NCBI GenBank assembly: GCA_051047955.1
Contig: JBPGPT010000020.1
Location: forward strand, 1 to 64,000
DNA length: 64,000 nt
Source of the DNA: Cystobasidiomycetes sp. EMM_F5
Taxonomy: Eukaryota
Reading direction: 5' to 3'
In this document: piece after piece, positions 23,801 to 36,534 of the stretch
Layout: each line of letters starts with the position of its first letter
Numbering within the stretch: the first letter of the stretch is position 1
Program-made: the position numbers and the translations under genes
Notes under the pieces: generated by a model
Databases searched by the model: none
What the model was told of the DNA's origin: nothing
Seen by the model: only the letters and a program-made list of their open reading frames with translations

Positions 23801-26637
23801 GACCCCGACAACCCATTTACAGGATAGGGACCATACAGCGCAACGAAGTAGCGATTTCGAGGGCTCGAGTGCCGTGCTTGCCGAAATTCCGGCAATGCAC
23901 CTACAGGACAGCGATCACACAGCACAAAGGCATCACGATTTCGAGGGCAGTGCAGCTGTTTTACCTGAACCTCCGGTACACCATGTTGACGGACACGATC
24001 ACACGGCTCAAAGAAGCAGTGACTTTGAGGGCTCTGCCGCTGTTTTGCCGCCAGTAGCAGTACATCATCTTGACCACCACGACCACACAGTACAAAGGAG
24101 CAGCGATTTCGAGGATCCTACGGCTACTGATGGCGCTCGAGCAGCTGCTCTAGCTGCTCTGGAAGGCAGACATCATCTACCAGGCACGGACGCTAACGCT
24201 GCTGCGCCCTTGGCCGAGAGCACCTCCGATGTGGTTATGCATTCTAATGATGAGGATCTACATCGTAGCGATGCGACCGAACAGCGCCCGAGTGCATTCA
24301 CCGAAGACTTCGAGGGCGACAATCACGCCGCACCTCGGGAGAGTTCAGAAAATATTGGATCCCGTGCGTCCTACGCTGGTCAATCCACCGAGTCTCTCAG
24401 TTCCCCCAAGAAGAAGGGTTTCCTTGGTGGACTATTCCGGAGAAAATCGAAGCGCTCATCTATGCCTGCCAACTACGGCTCGCAATCCGGCAGCATGGTA
24501 TCCCTTGCATCGGTTCAATCTGTCGATAGCACGACCACGCCCGCAGCTCCCGCTGGCGATATACCAGCCGGCATGGGTTGGAAAGGCAAGGTCTCAGAGC
24601 CACCTATTGGTATGAACAGAAGGCGGACCTTGACAGGTGGTTCCGCCTCGGCCGAAACTGCTGCCGCTGCTGTTGCAGCGACGGAGGCAACTGAGGGTCA
24701 TAAGGACTCCACGATGGTTGCAGATGAACCGGCCGCGCATGTTGAGCCAGAAATCCGATATGACCAGACTGAAGACGGCATGCTGCCGACCGTTCCCGAG
24801 GAGGGTGCCATTCCTGAAACCGCTTCCTACGCTGAACGATCAGCCGACGACCACGCTCATCACCACGATGACGAGGCTGCAGCAGAAGCGATGTCCGAGG
24901 AGGCTGAGCCGGTACAAGCTGCCAGACCCAGTGGTGGTGGCCTTGCTGCTAGACTGCGTGAAGAGGCAGATGCTAGGGCGCGAGCTCAGCGAGAAGGAAA
25001 GGAGTACACCGGCCCTGGAGCCGCCAATTATATTGCACCTTCGAAGTTTGCATCCCAGCCATCCGAAGATGTTCAGCACACATCTACGGAACATGCCGAA
25101 CCACTGACCCGCTACGAGACATCCGGTACTCAGCGCGACTCGGTCGCACCTACCAGCGCTACTGTTCCTGTTTATCCTCAACAGACATCAGCGACCGCCG
25201 CTGACTCTGCCCCTAAGAAGAAGCGATTCAGTTTCATCTTCTTCCGCCGACATGCCAAGGAAGAGAAGGCGCAGCCACAGTACACGCCACAGCCTGCGTA
25301 CGCCGAGCGCTACCAGGACAACTCGGAACCGGATTACCGCGATGAGGCGGAATCAGAGCATGGGTACCACGATGAGGCGCCTCACGAGCGTGACTTCCCA
25401 GACGACTGGAGTATTGGTCACATCGCTGCTGCGACGCCTTTACCTGCGCCAGTGTACACACCATCTGTCACGGCTAAGCGCGAAAGAATACAACGAAAGC
25501 GCGATCATAAAGCCAAGATTGAGCGCGAGCGAGCAGAAAGGGAGGCGAACTTGCTGGCACGGCAGTCACGCATCCTTGATGCATATACCGGGACGCAAGG
25601 TAAGGCACAACGTATTGCTATCTGCTGTCGCACCGCTGACGTTTTCGCATTTGACAGACTTTTCCAGAGTGCCGAAGCCTACTTTCAGCAAACCATTTGG
25701 CAGATCCCACGACAAGGAAATGGAGGCTGTACAGCATATTTTCAAGCCTGATCGTGCGACTAGAAAGGCTGAAGCAGCTGAAGATAAGGAGATTGCCCGT
25801 CAAGGCTACACCGAGAGCGTAACGTCTGAGGATGTACCACAAGAGGCTGAGCAAATAGACAATGCTCATGCTCATCATGAGGAGGTTCCCGCACCAGCGG
25901 TCGAACACCAAGCCGAGCACTCTGTACAAGAGCAGAGCCACTCTCCGCTGTTACCCCCCATCGAGCCGGCCGGTGAACCACTGGACATTAGAGCAATCGT
26001 TGCGCAAATGGGTATCGATCATGACGCCGTAAAGAGACAGAGATCACAAAAGAAGCATACGAGCAAGCCCTCGGTTACCGATCAATCCGTTGTGCCTTCT
26101 GCTCCTGCACCGATTGTAGATCCCAGCACTGGTAGCGTGTCTGCACTCAACAACGGCGCAGTGGACGATGGAACAGTTGGAGGCAAAGCAACCACGCCAA
26201 AACGCCGCAAGTCCACCAAATCTACTACAAAATCGCCGAAAACACCAAAATTGCGTCCTGCCAACATCGACACAGATATCACATCTGCAGACATACAAGC
26301 CGCCGTCGCCAACGTCGGTCGCACTCCACTTTCGAGCAAGGCAAGCAAGGCAGCCCCGACTTCAGCCAAGAAGGTGGAGACGCCGAAGTCGCCGAAGTCG
26401 CCCAAGTTGCCTAGCACTGGCACAACAGCTTTGGAACGCGGTGCATCTACCAAGTCGAAGCGAGACAGAAGGCTGACGGTCGGAAGCGACACGCCTTCGT
26501 TGGTCTCGCCAAATTCGCCAACCAGTCCAACCAAGAAGAAGGCTAAGCGTCTCAGCACGCAGAGTCACGAAATGCAGGAACCCACTGTCACCCACAGTGG
26601 TCCTACCTATCACATTATCGCTTCCAGCCAATCGTGA
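20844..26637 (+). CDS. Very large (about 1,850 aa) low-complexity protein built of internal repeats
   Basis: A 1529-aa ORF is joined to the 25252 frame through an intron at about 25600-25668, with 5' micro-exons of 13 and 15 nt. It is Ala/Ser/Thr/Pro-rich and has triplicated motifs. Confidence 0.75.
23745..24115 (+). repeat. Coding tandem repeat: 84-nt (28-aa) unit, about 4.5 copies, DHTAQRSxDFEGSxAVL...HH
   Basis: Unit starts at 23745, 23829, 23913, 23997 and 24081. Confidence 0.9.
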
Positions 26638-26848
26638 CTGAGTATGCGGTCTCCGGGAACTTGTGCATAGCAGGCATTTTTTGAGCGAGCCAAATAGCAG
26701 TGTAGATACCCAGACACGTCGATAGCCTGTTTATTTGTTGCATATTATACACCTTGTAATGGAGAAGTAATCTCATTATGACATTGCTTGTCTATAAAGT
26801 TTTTGCGGGACTTGGAGTTGTGATTCTGAGCACCTCTGGAGGAAGATT

Positions 26849-28144
26849 ATGCCTCAGCGGATATGCGTGCGCGGGTCAATTAATGTAGACGGTAAGCGTG
26901 AATCACCGCTTGTCGCCAGCGTTCTGATGCTCGTCCATCTGACCTACGGGCTCCTGATCATGAACGACTCATTTTGCATTATGATATGTCCTGAAAAATT
27001 GCAGAATTCTTTGAAGTCGACCAGTACTTCAGCACCTTCCACAGCGTCCACGTGAATTCGCGCTCATCAAACTTTCATCCGCAGTATCGTCCGGGCTGGC
27101 GAAACCATCTCATCCACAAAATATTCGCGTCGGCCCGGAGGCAAGGGTGCGAATGCCAGTGTAGCAGTCGCAAAGGTGTGTTGCTCAACGCAGACAATTT
27201 CAAAATTTGTCTCAAACCATTCGTACGTCAGGCTGGCGTTGCGGTTGACTTTCTCGGTTCAATAAACAGTCAAGACACTTGGTTGCGCGATGTGCTTGTC
27301 AGTCATCACGTCGGCGTGTCGGAGCAAAGTCTTCGGTCCAGTGTGGAAGTAAGTCATATGTGCCGCTTGTTATGCTCTTTATTGTGACGCAACTGCCCTT
27401 TCCTTAGCCGACCGGGAGAGCGATAATCCAAATCGAAGCCAGCACCGGCGAGAATTCCATCGTTCTACTGCCAGGCTGTAATTACAACGAGTACACGCTG
27501 CCAGGCAATCTAGCGGACACCTACTCCCATCTGCTCGTGCAGAATGAGATTCCGTTGACCCAAACTTGCGATGCTCTTCGCATCGCTCGAAAAGCGGGGC
27601 TCGTTACGATATTTAATCCCTCGCCGGTCCCGCCCAATACGCAATTGGCAACCATACCGTGGGATTGCATCGACTGGCTTGTGCTTAATGCGGATGAAGC
27701 GCGTGCTTTGGCGATAGCGCTGGGATCGAACGCCGTAAATAGCTTACAAGGCTTAACCGAGATACTTCCAAGCTCCACAGGCATTGTAATGACGAAAGGT
27801 GCGGACGGCGTGGAGGCTGTTGTCAAAAGCGACGCGATGTCTTTCGAGCATTTCTCTCAACCGGCCGGGAGGGCGCAGCGGCCCATAATAAACACGACAG
27901 GCGCCGGAGATACCTTTACTGTGAGCGGACGATAGAGGACATATTGTTGCTCGTATACTGAGGACGGCCGACGATAACGCAGGGCTACTTGGCTGCTGCC
28001 CTTGTTAGACGAGAAGTACAAGACGAATCTATCCGCATGGATAATATTTTGAAAGAAGCGGCGACAGCAGCTACAGCCTGTTGCGAAAGCGAGGGAGCTA
28101 TGGAGGCAATTCCCACTAGAGCTGAGGTATTAGCGAGGCTCTAG
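26849..28144 (+). CDS. RBK1: Ribokinase (PfkB family)
   Basis: VRGSINVDEFF, HIVRAGET, PGGKGANASVAVAK, GENSIVL, QNEIP, FNPSP, NADEA and NTTGAGDTFTGYLAA. The C-terminus is IPTRAEVLARL. Confidence 0.9.
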
Positions 28145-28313
28145 TCGTACAATACTGCAGCTAAAAGACTGATGCAAGGCTGCGCCTGCCAGCGCAACCC
28201 TGGTAGCTTCAGAGTGTCAGTTTGAGGCTCTGATATGCCAATATTATATCTTCACATTGGCCTTCGTACTGGCCTTGCAGACTGCCAACGACAAGTGGTT
28301 CACTGGTCCCGTC

Positions 28314-28995
28314 TTAAGAGGCCATACTGACTCGCGCATCGTCCGTCTTAACTTCTGTCGAAGGGGTAGCCGGACCATTGTCTGCTACCTTGACCTCCAC
28401 GTTCTGCCATTGCTCTGGAGTGAATGTTTTCTGCATGCGGGGCGCGCGTGAGGATATGAACGGTTTAAATTTGCTTAAGGCCATGCACAAACGCGCCGCT
28501 TACAGGCGTGAAGGCGTGCAATTCCGCTATTTCGTCCTTGAGAGCCGCGTAAACTGCGTTAAGGAGAGGCAAGAAGTGGGTCGGTCAGTCAGCAATGATA
28601 CATCAGATCCGACAGACTCTTGGCCGCACCCAGCTTGTGCCGTTTGAATGTAGGCAACTTCTCAAAAGCTTTTGACACTATGATGACCTCGTATGACTAA
28701 AAGGCGTGATACTTCAGATGGTGCCGTTTTAATCAGATAAGATTGCATGCAAAACCAACCTGTCCGCATCCGCCTGTCGATTCGGATACACGAGCATGCC
28801 ATCAGACGCTAAGAGAGGCTGTAACGTAGCAGACGGCTCTACCTGAAATATCAAAGATTTGCTTCATTGATGACCAAAAACGTCAGTGAGGTCTGTTGGC
28901 GGCCAGCGAGATTCTTCGCGACCTACTACATGCTCCACACCGCCAGTCAGGTTGTTCCGCAAGCCTTGGTCGAGGCTTTCAGCAGTCACAGGCAT
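28314..28995 (-). CDS. BOL2: Cytosolic BolA protein (Bol2/Fra2 type), 6 exons; absent from the ORF track
   Basis: Spliced MPVTAESLDQGLRNNLTGGVEHV|QIFDIS|GGCGQ|SYEVIIVSKAFEKLPTFKRHKL|VYAALKDEIAELHAFTP|KTFTPEQW... The SGGCGQ and HAF motifs carry the Fe-S ligand Cys and His of Bol2/Fra2. Confidence 0.9.
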
Positions 28996-29193
28996 TGACG
29001 GACTCGCAAGTGTTTGTTCTGGAGCCAAAGCGGGCGACGGTCTTTGATCTTTAGCCGAATCAACGATATTGCAAATGGCCTAGCACTGTCCTTACGTTCT
29101 GCCAGCCATGCTAATGCTTCAAGATAGATCCGTCAGCTGTGTCGCATCGCGTTCCATTCGTATAATAACGTAGAATCGGCAGCCGAGTCCAAC

Positions 29194-32100
29194 ATGGCTC
29201 CAATGTCCCCCGAAAGAACGAAACTTACTACGACCTCGCCTGCTCCATCTCAGGGTACCCAGGTGACTCGTACGCTGAATGCTTTGTTGCGACCATGGGG
29301 AGGCACCAGTCGCTCGAGGGCGCAATCAAGCTATTCTGGCCCTGCCGGAGCTACGTCCTCTGCGATTCCCGGGCTCGCTAGCAAGCCTACATCCGCTGTC
29401 GACAAGCTGTCCAATCTACTTGGACAGCACGGGGCAGTTGGTTCGTCCGCATCATCCTTCTCGCCAACAACCAGAGCTCTTTGTGTTGTGGATGCTCTGT
29501 TCCCAATATCCGACGCCAAAACGGTCACTACTACCGTCAAGCGACTCGTGCGGACCCTGCAAATTGACGCAACGGCCGATCCCGAAGAAGTCTGGACGCG
29601 ATGCAAGGCTCTCGTTGATGCTCACCAGTCACCCGAGGTGCAGAATGCGGGCGTAGAGCTGCTCAAGCATTGCGTTCTGGTCTCCAACACTATCAATGGC
29701 GATATATCGACAGCTGCTGGGAGGCATCTCTATTACGAATCTGTCAGGAAGGCCTTTGCGCAGGCCGATCACGTCGATACAGCAACCAAGGGCGGTCGTG
29801 CCTTTACGGAATCCGAACTGCAGTCGTTCGTCGGTGTCCTCGATGCCTTGACGTGCGGCGGAAAGTATATACTTGGATTCGACGGTCTGATGGACCTATT
29901 GTCCGACATTTCCTATCGAATACACAGGTTGAGACAGATAGAACGGTTGAAATACATTGAAAATCTGGAGTCAGCTAGTGCACCTCTCCTTGATCCTGAA
30001 GGCAACACGCCTTTTGTGCGACTCCCACCAAACACATTCTACATGTCCTTTGACACAAGCCACTCCGCTGCAGCTCTTCTCACGGCAATGACAAGGCTAT
30101 CTTTCGCCCACATCGACACGAAGGAGCTACGATCCGTTTTTGCGAATCGCATTCGTGGCGTCCTCGCAAGTTTGGGTGAGCTCGAGGTCAGCATCTGCCT
30201 TGAACTGGTGGATTGGGTCATCAAAACTGGGATCATCCCACCGGAACACCTCGAAGATGTGGTAAAATTCGTTGCGCGCGTGTCGGGCCTCGAGGGTCGT
30301 TGTCGTGTTGTTGAGATATCGCCTGACAACGGCAGACGGATCATCAATCTCCCTTCGAGACTACCAGATCAGGCCAACTCGGTGATGCGCTTACTACTGC
30401 GATCTCCAGTAAATCAGGCACTGAAGCATTTGAGAGCAATACTGTCGACAATGCCTAAGGTAGAAGGCAAAGTGCGGCCCGTCTGTCCAGTCCCGCTGCT
30501 AGTCGGCGCATTGCGGTGCCTGCGACGCGCGTACAAGGACTACGAGACGGATGCAGTGAACAACAATCAAACATTGCACGGCGAGAACAACGAAGGCTAT
30601 CCAACACTCTTCTCATTAGGCCTTCTAGTAGTGTACGACAACCTCACGGACGTTCTGCGGTGGCGCAACGCGGATGTCGATTCAGAAGTCCTTCTATTTC
30701 TAGAGGAACGTATAGCTGCGCAGACTCATGGTTTCATTACTCTCTCATTTCAAGAGTGGGATATGGTAATTACCATGGTGACGAGTCTCCTTTGGCACGT
30801 CGAAGCCTGGGAATTATCGAATGGCATTTCCTGGAGTATCAGTTCCGTAGGCCAAGGTGATTGTTGTTAAGTTCTTATTCCGCTTGCTACTTCTAATTTC
30901 ACCCACAGCACCCACGCGGCACACACCGATGTCGACAATGAAAGGCGACGCTGTGCCTGCTGTAGTGGCCGTGTCATCGGCACCAACGTTGGAAACGACC
31001 TCACAAGCAATCAACCTGCCCGTTCTGTCAAGCTTATCACTTGTTCTCGAGCGCATGCTGGCCGTACAGATAGAGGACGCTTTCAAAGGCTCGCATTTAC
31101 AATTTTACGATTTCTTACTTAGTACTGCCAAACACCTGAACTCATCAGCGGTAGCTTCGTGCTTTGCATTCTACAAAGAACGCATGTTGATATCTCCGGG
31201 ACGAGCTGATTGGCTGGAAAGGCTCGAAAAGGTGATCTCGATTTTCTTTCCGAAAACGCCCTACGCAGACATCCACGAAGTACTTCGCTCTGGCCGCCAA
31301 GGTGTTGTGCAACTTCTGCAACTCGCATATGGAGCGGCACAAGGCTACGAAAGTCATATGAACGCTCTTGTAGATCGCATTCTTCTACCGTTTTTTGAAG
31401 ACTCTCTGTCGTCCGAAGAAGACCCGATTGTGATCCGGTCATCCTTGGCGATACTGCAAGACTGCGTCAAGGACAATCTCGTCTTCTCGTCAGACACCGA
31501 TCCAGCTGCAATGCAGCGCCTCGACATGATGTTCGACATATTGTGCAGACTTTCCTGGAACAGTTGCGAGGCTCGCCCGACTTCGGTGCTGTTAGCTAAG
31601 TCGGATAAAGCAGATAATGCTACGCCGAAGTCAGTAATACGACTCGTCGGAATCAGCTTGTCTTCCACCGAGACTCTCATTCTGCTGTTTTATCATTGCA
31701 TCGTCGTAGGAGGGCGTCGAACTTCGCTATTCTCGGTGCGGATCTTTCAGCATCTCCTCGATCTGCTCGTCCCCTCTGGGCATCAGCAGCATCTCAGTTC
31801 GGTCCACACCGGCAATCACGGGGATGGTCGTCTGGCTCCGGTCACAACTCGACTGGCTGTTCTTCAATGTTTGACACGCCTGCGAGCCGATCAAAGCCAT
31901 CGTATATGGTCTCGCGAACATCTGGACATGCTACAACTAGCAGTAATCGTTGGGAAAGCAGCATCACTTTCTAACGGCCTGCCTGAGCCCGCTCATATCG
32001 GAGACAGCGCAGAGGCTTCCCCTAGAGGCCGTTCAGATGCACGACAGGACCGTGCAACCATTGAGGGGTCCGACTCTGCCTCACGCGCGACGCCATCAGC

Positions 32101-34457
32101 TGGGAGAAGTCAGACCCGCAGCAGGACAAGGCAAAGTGCTAATAGTCCGTCTAGGAAGCGTCCGCGTCACGCTGTCCCCGCGGTCGTACATCTGTGGCAA
32201 TGCCCAGACGCGCTGCTCTACGACTTCCCCTCACATGCCGTAAGGTCTAGTGGAAACATCGGACTCGTTTCCTTTGATCGCGAGCTCATGCAAGGCTGGT
32301 CCGAAGAAATGACTCAGGGCGAAGAGGATGTATCTTTGCTCAACGCTGAAGGCGCCGACGGGTCGCCGGTGGTGCTGCCTGTGTCGCAATATCTCGACGT
32401 CATTAACAACTGTCTGTCCTACGAAACGAATTGGGATCTGGTGTCCTACATTCTTTGCGCTCTTCCCAACCAACTGTGCAACAAGCACTTCCTGAGTGGT
32501 CCCAATACTGCTCGTAAATTGCTGGACATGCATTCTCTGCTGTGCAAGCATCTGATCGCCGACTCGCTGTGTCAACAGGTGGTGGTTCCACCAGCAGTAC
32601 GTCGAAGCGATGTGCATGCTGTAGCTTATCAATGGCTATCAACTCTCATTGCCTATCGCCACCTCCTTACTCGGGAAAAGCAGAATGAGATGGTCCGAAC
32701 TTTCATATCGGGACTGTCAAAGACACCCAACATAGCAAAGCCAAGCGTGCATGCTCTCACTATGGCCTGTTACGAGTTCGAGAGCTCGGTCTCTACCCAT
32801 CTCCCCGTTATTCTGTCGACATTGACCCAGATTCTATCGATGGCTGGCTTGGCAGTGCACATATTGGAGCTTGTCGCTTCCATCGGTCACATTAAAGCAC
32901 TTTACGAAAACTTCGCCGAGGAAGACTATCGAAAAGTGTTTGCCGTTGCTGTGCAGTATCTGGCTTCGCATTATGAAGATCCAACGAGCAAGACAGTTCC
33001 GACCGAGCAGGATCTCGCTTTGGAACATGCTTTCAAGCAGTATGTGCTTACATTATCATATTATATTATTGCCCTGTGGTATAGTATTGTACCGCTGGCT
33101 GAGCGACCGAAGTATCTTGGGTTTATCGTGCCACGTATGATCAGCGCCAACGACAGCCTGCCAGAGCTGGATCCATCCACGGTCGTTTCCCTGGACATGT
33201 TGGCGCGTCTTGCCTACTCCCAGCCGGTTGCATTCGCGGCAGAGAAGATGGATGACTCTGCACCAGCCGGCATGTACAGCAGAAGCTGGATATGCGGCAA
33301 TTCCGTGCTCTCTGTTGACGGGCTAGAAGGCAAAAGCAACATGACACTTACCATACGTCGACCATCGGGAATCCTAAAAAGGCAAGTTCCGGTCGGTAAC
33401 GAGAGCTGGAGTGAGCTGGAGATCCTTCCTCTGATCCTCAAGCACCGCGACATGCTACAGACGGAAAGGCGCCATCTCGTGGAGATCCTGGAGGAGTCAG
33501 CAGAAGATGCTGTTTTTGTTGCCGACCCTGCCTTTTTCTCCATGTTTCTTCCACCATGCTCGCACATAAATACTCATGGACTGCCTCGGCCCTTGCCAGT
33601 GCACGATATCACCCGTCGTACCTTACTGTTAATGGACAGAATGTCATGGGTAGACTTCCACAAGATCGGGGTCCTTTACGTTGGCCCAAACCAATCGGGG
33701 CAGCATGATATTTTGAGTAACGTGCACGGTTCTAAAGCGTACATGTCATTCCTCAACGATATCGGCACGCTGAGACGCCTCAAAGGTGGACAAGAATATG
33801 CGGGAGGTCTAGATCGCGAACGCGATACCGACGGGAAGTGGTATTACACGTGGTCTGATCAGATACAAGAGGTAGTGTTCCATGTCGCTACGCTGATGCC
33901 TACTCGAATCGAGGAGGATCCTCAGTGTAATGACAAGAAGCGCCACATCGGTAATGATTATGTTAAGGTGTTCTATAACGACTCCGGTCGCCCCATACCC
34001 CTGGATGTGCTGCCGGGGCAATTCAACTTCGTCAATATCATCATCGAGCCACACACTCCTGCAGGCGAGGCCGGGCGTGGCAGCATGGGCAACGATGGCA
34101 ACACCCAATTTTTCCGGGTCAGTATGGACAAGCGGTCCGACATGCCCGAATTGGGGCCGCTCGGGGCCTTCAAAATGGTTTCAACAGCATCGGTGGCCTC
34201 TGTCGTGCGAGAGTTGGCACTACACGCGAACGTTTTTGCCCAACTCTTCTTGCAATCGGTCGGAGTGGAGGGTAAGGGATCCAGTCACAGACGCAAGATC
34301 GAATACGCTTCTACGTGGTGCACCCGACTAGGTTGGTCATTGTCAATTTACTGCAGCGGACGATATCGCTGATTACGTGTTTCTCATAGACGCTATACAC
34401 CGACTAGAAAGAATTGACGAGATGATTGCTAACATGGAAGCAGCAAAAAGGAGGTAG
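29194..34457 (+). CDS. TSC2: Tuberin, Rheb GAP
   Basis: Long helical N-terminus, tuberin-domain ETNWDLVSYIL.LP.QL.NKHF and C-terminal Rap-GAP domain FHKIGVLYVGPNQ...VVFHVATLMPT...KKRHIGNDYVKVFYN...GQFNFVNIIIEP. Confidence 0.93.
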
Positions 34458-34585
34458 TGCGAAGTAGTGATATTGTCATATTGCACCTCACCAGCAAGCT
34501 GTAGCATTTTGGCTGCCGTGCTGTCGCATATGCTGTAGCATAGTTCCGAGCCATTCAGACGGATATGAAATGAGAGACTACGATG

Positions 34586-36534
34586 CTACCCGTAGGGTGA
34601 ACGCAGTTCGGCTTCGTTTGGAGCTTCTGAAACGGCCACTGTTTCTGTAGTCGATTGCTGCTCTGAGTGGTATAGCGGCTGAGCCTGGTTCGTGTGTTCT
34701 GAGACTGCTTCTGTCGGATTGAGTAGCGCGTGTATTGACCCTGGAGTAGCTCTAGAGGTATCGGCCGGGTCGTGTCTTACTTCAGCTACGGAAGTGAAGA
34801 GGCGTTCGGAAGGGTAAGTCTGTTCAAGGGGAGGAAACCCTCGCTCGTCTTGCGGCATGACTTCAGTCAAGGGCGGCAAACGTGGGCCACTGCTGCTTAA
34901 GGGTCGCTGATAGCGATGATGTAATATTGTCGGCGAACGAGCAGTACCGGATGTCTGGCCCATATACGTCGCACGGTTCATCGGTAGACCAGCTGGGGTA
35001 GATGCATAGCTGGAAGGCATGTGCCGACGGTCAAAAGCGCTGCGTGAGGGCGCGAAGCGTGGTGGCGGCATACTGTCCGAAGGCGATCCGCGTGTGTCTG
35101 CCTGGTATGGTGACCATGCACTAGGCAGTGGGAGGTATGAAGGCTGACTAAATCTGGGAAATGTTGATGTAGAGCTTGGCGCAGTCATTGGGCGGTCGCT
35201 TGACGCGTAAATGTTCGGGTCGTCGCGTGCGCGCTTGACTGACGACGTTGCGAACGGCAGGCGACCTTGTGATCCTTCACGCCGGGATTCCACTGTATAC
35301 GAAGAAGGGCCGGCTTCATGATCGCCATAGTAGGCTTGATAAGCAGAAGGTCTGCCAGGTCGTTGCGATGTCGCCAACCCAGGAGGCTGCCATCCAGCAT
35401 ATCTCTTGCCATGCTGGACTTGATCATCAGACAAATCGCTCTCTGAGCGTGGTCTCTTGCTGGTGGAAGCAGTAAGAGCTGTTTCCGGGGCCGGCAGTGT
35501 TTCAACGTTGTGAGGCACGTCTGGTATCCGGGCGGCACTCCTGCTACATAGGAAATTGCGGTTTGCCGCAAATCAGTAACATCGCCAGCGAGAAATTCTG
35601 ATTTGAATACGTACGCTGAACCACCCTTGATTCTGATCTTCAGTCCTTGGCTGGCAAGACTTTTAGACAATTCCGTCGGAGCCTCCAGTCCCGGGTAGCG
35701 CTACGCGGTGACAAATATGCAGTCTCAGTCTTAGCAACGAAACGACAGGCGATGTGTATGAAGTATAATGCAGCTCACCTTGTGCGAGTAGACGGTGAAA
35801 GGGTCAGTATAAATGGTTTTGCAGAGATATACGGTAGCACTGCGGGGGTTCTGAGCATAAGAGTCTGAACCATGCTGAGTCACTGATACGTACTCGACAA
35901 GTTCGAAAAGAGATAATTTCAAGCGGAAGGTCCCCTCTGCTCTTACTCCAATGTCTGCGTAGTAGGGAGTGGTCAGCTGCATCTAAGCGTCTGTACATAG
36001 TATCGTTCACCTGGAAAGACGAAGAATCCCTCTGCTGCACCATCCGTTGGATCTCGTAAGTGATACAAACTGCTGACCAAATTACCAGTGACATAGCGAG
36101 TTCGTCCATCGGCCAGGACGGCGAGCTCCGATTGGTCATCTGCTTTGCATAGCGAAGCGAAGCAGAACAGGTATGGCGACTGGATCAGAGATGCCGAAGT
36201 AGATTGAGCCGTTTCACTAGCGGTATCAATATTTGCTTCTCTGGTTTGTCGCAGCCCTGCTCTCGAAATGCGCAGCCGTACGATTGGCGGAGGGTCTATA
36301 GGGCCTTTTGGGTCTGTCAAGATGTCGAGTGTTAGCCCAGCCATAGGGCAGGCACAACAAATCCGCGACACGACGTTGCACGCTAGACTCACGCAGATCA
36401 GTTCCCGTAGAAATGCGTGCACGTTTAGGCTGTTGCCTGACAATCATGTCGTATTTGCTATTAGTGGCATTCGTGTAGGCATTTAAACGGGCGCATGCGC
36501 CAGCAGATAGAAGTACGGGTGCCGGAGGCGGCAT
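34586..36534 (-). CDS. Velvet-domain transcription regulator
   Basis: YDMIVRQQPKRAR, PIDPPPIVRL, GNLVSSLYHLRDP, GFFVFP|DIGVRAEGTFRLKLSLFEL, PFTVYSHK and TELSKSLASQGLKIRIK, followed by a disordered C-terminus. Confidence 0.9.

Noticed and set aside
28680..28740. ATGATGA box-C-like motif on the + strand
   Set aside because: It is the antisense of a BOL2 coding exon.
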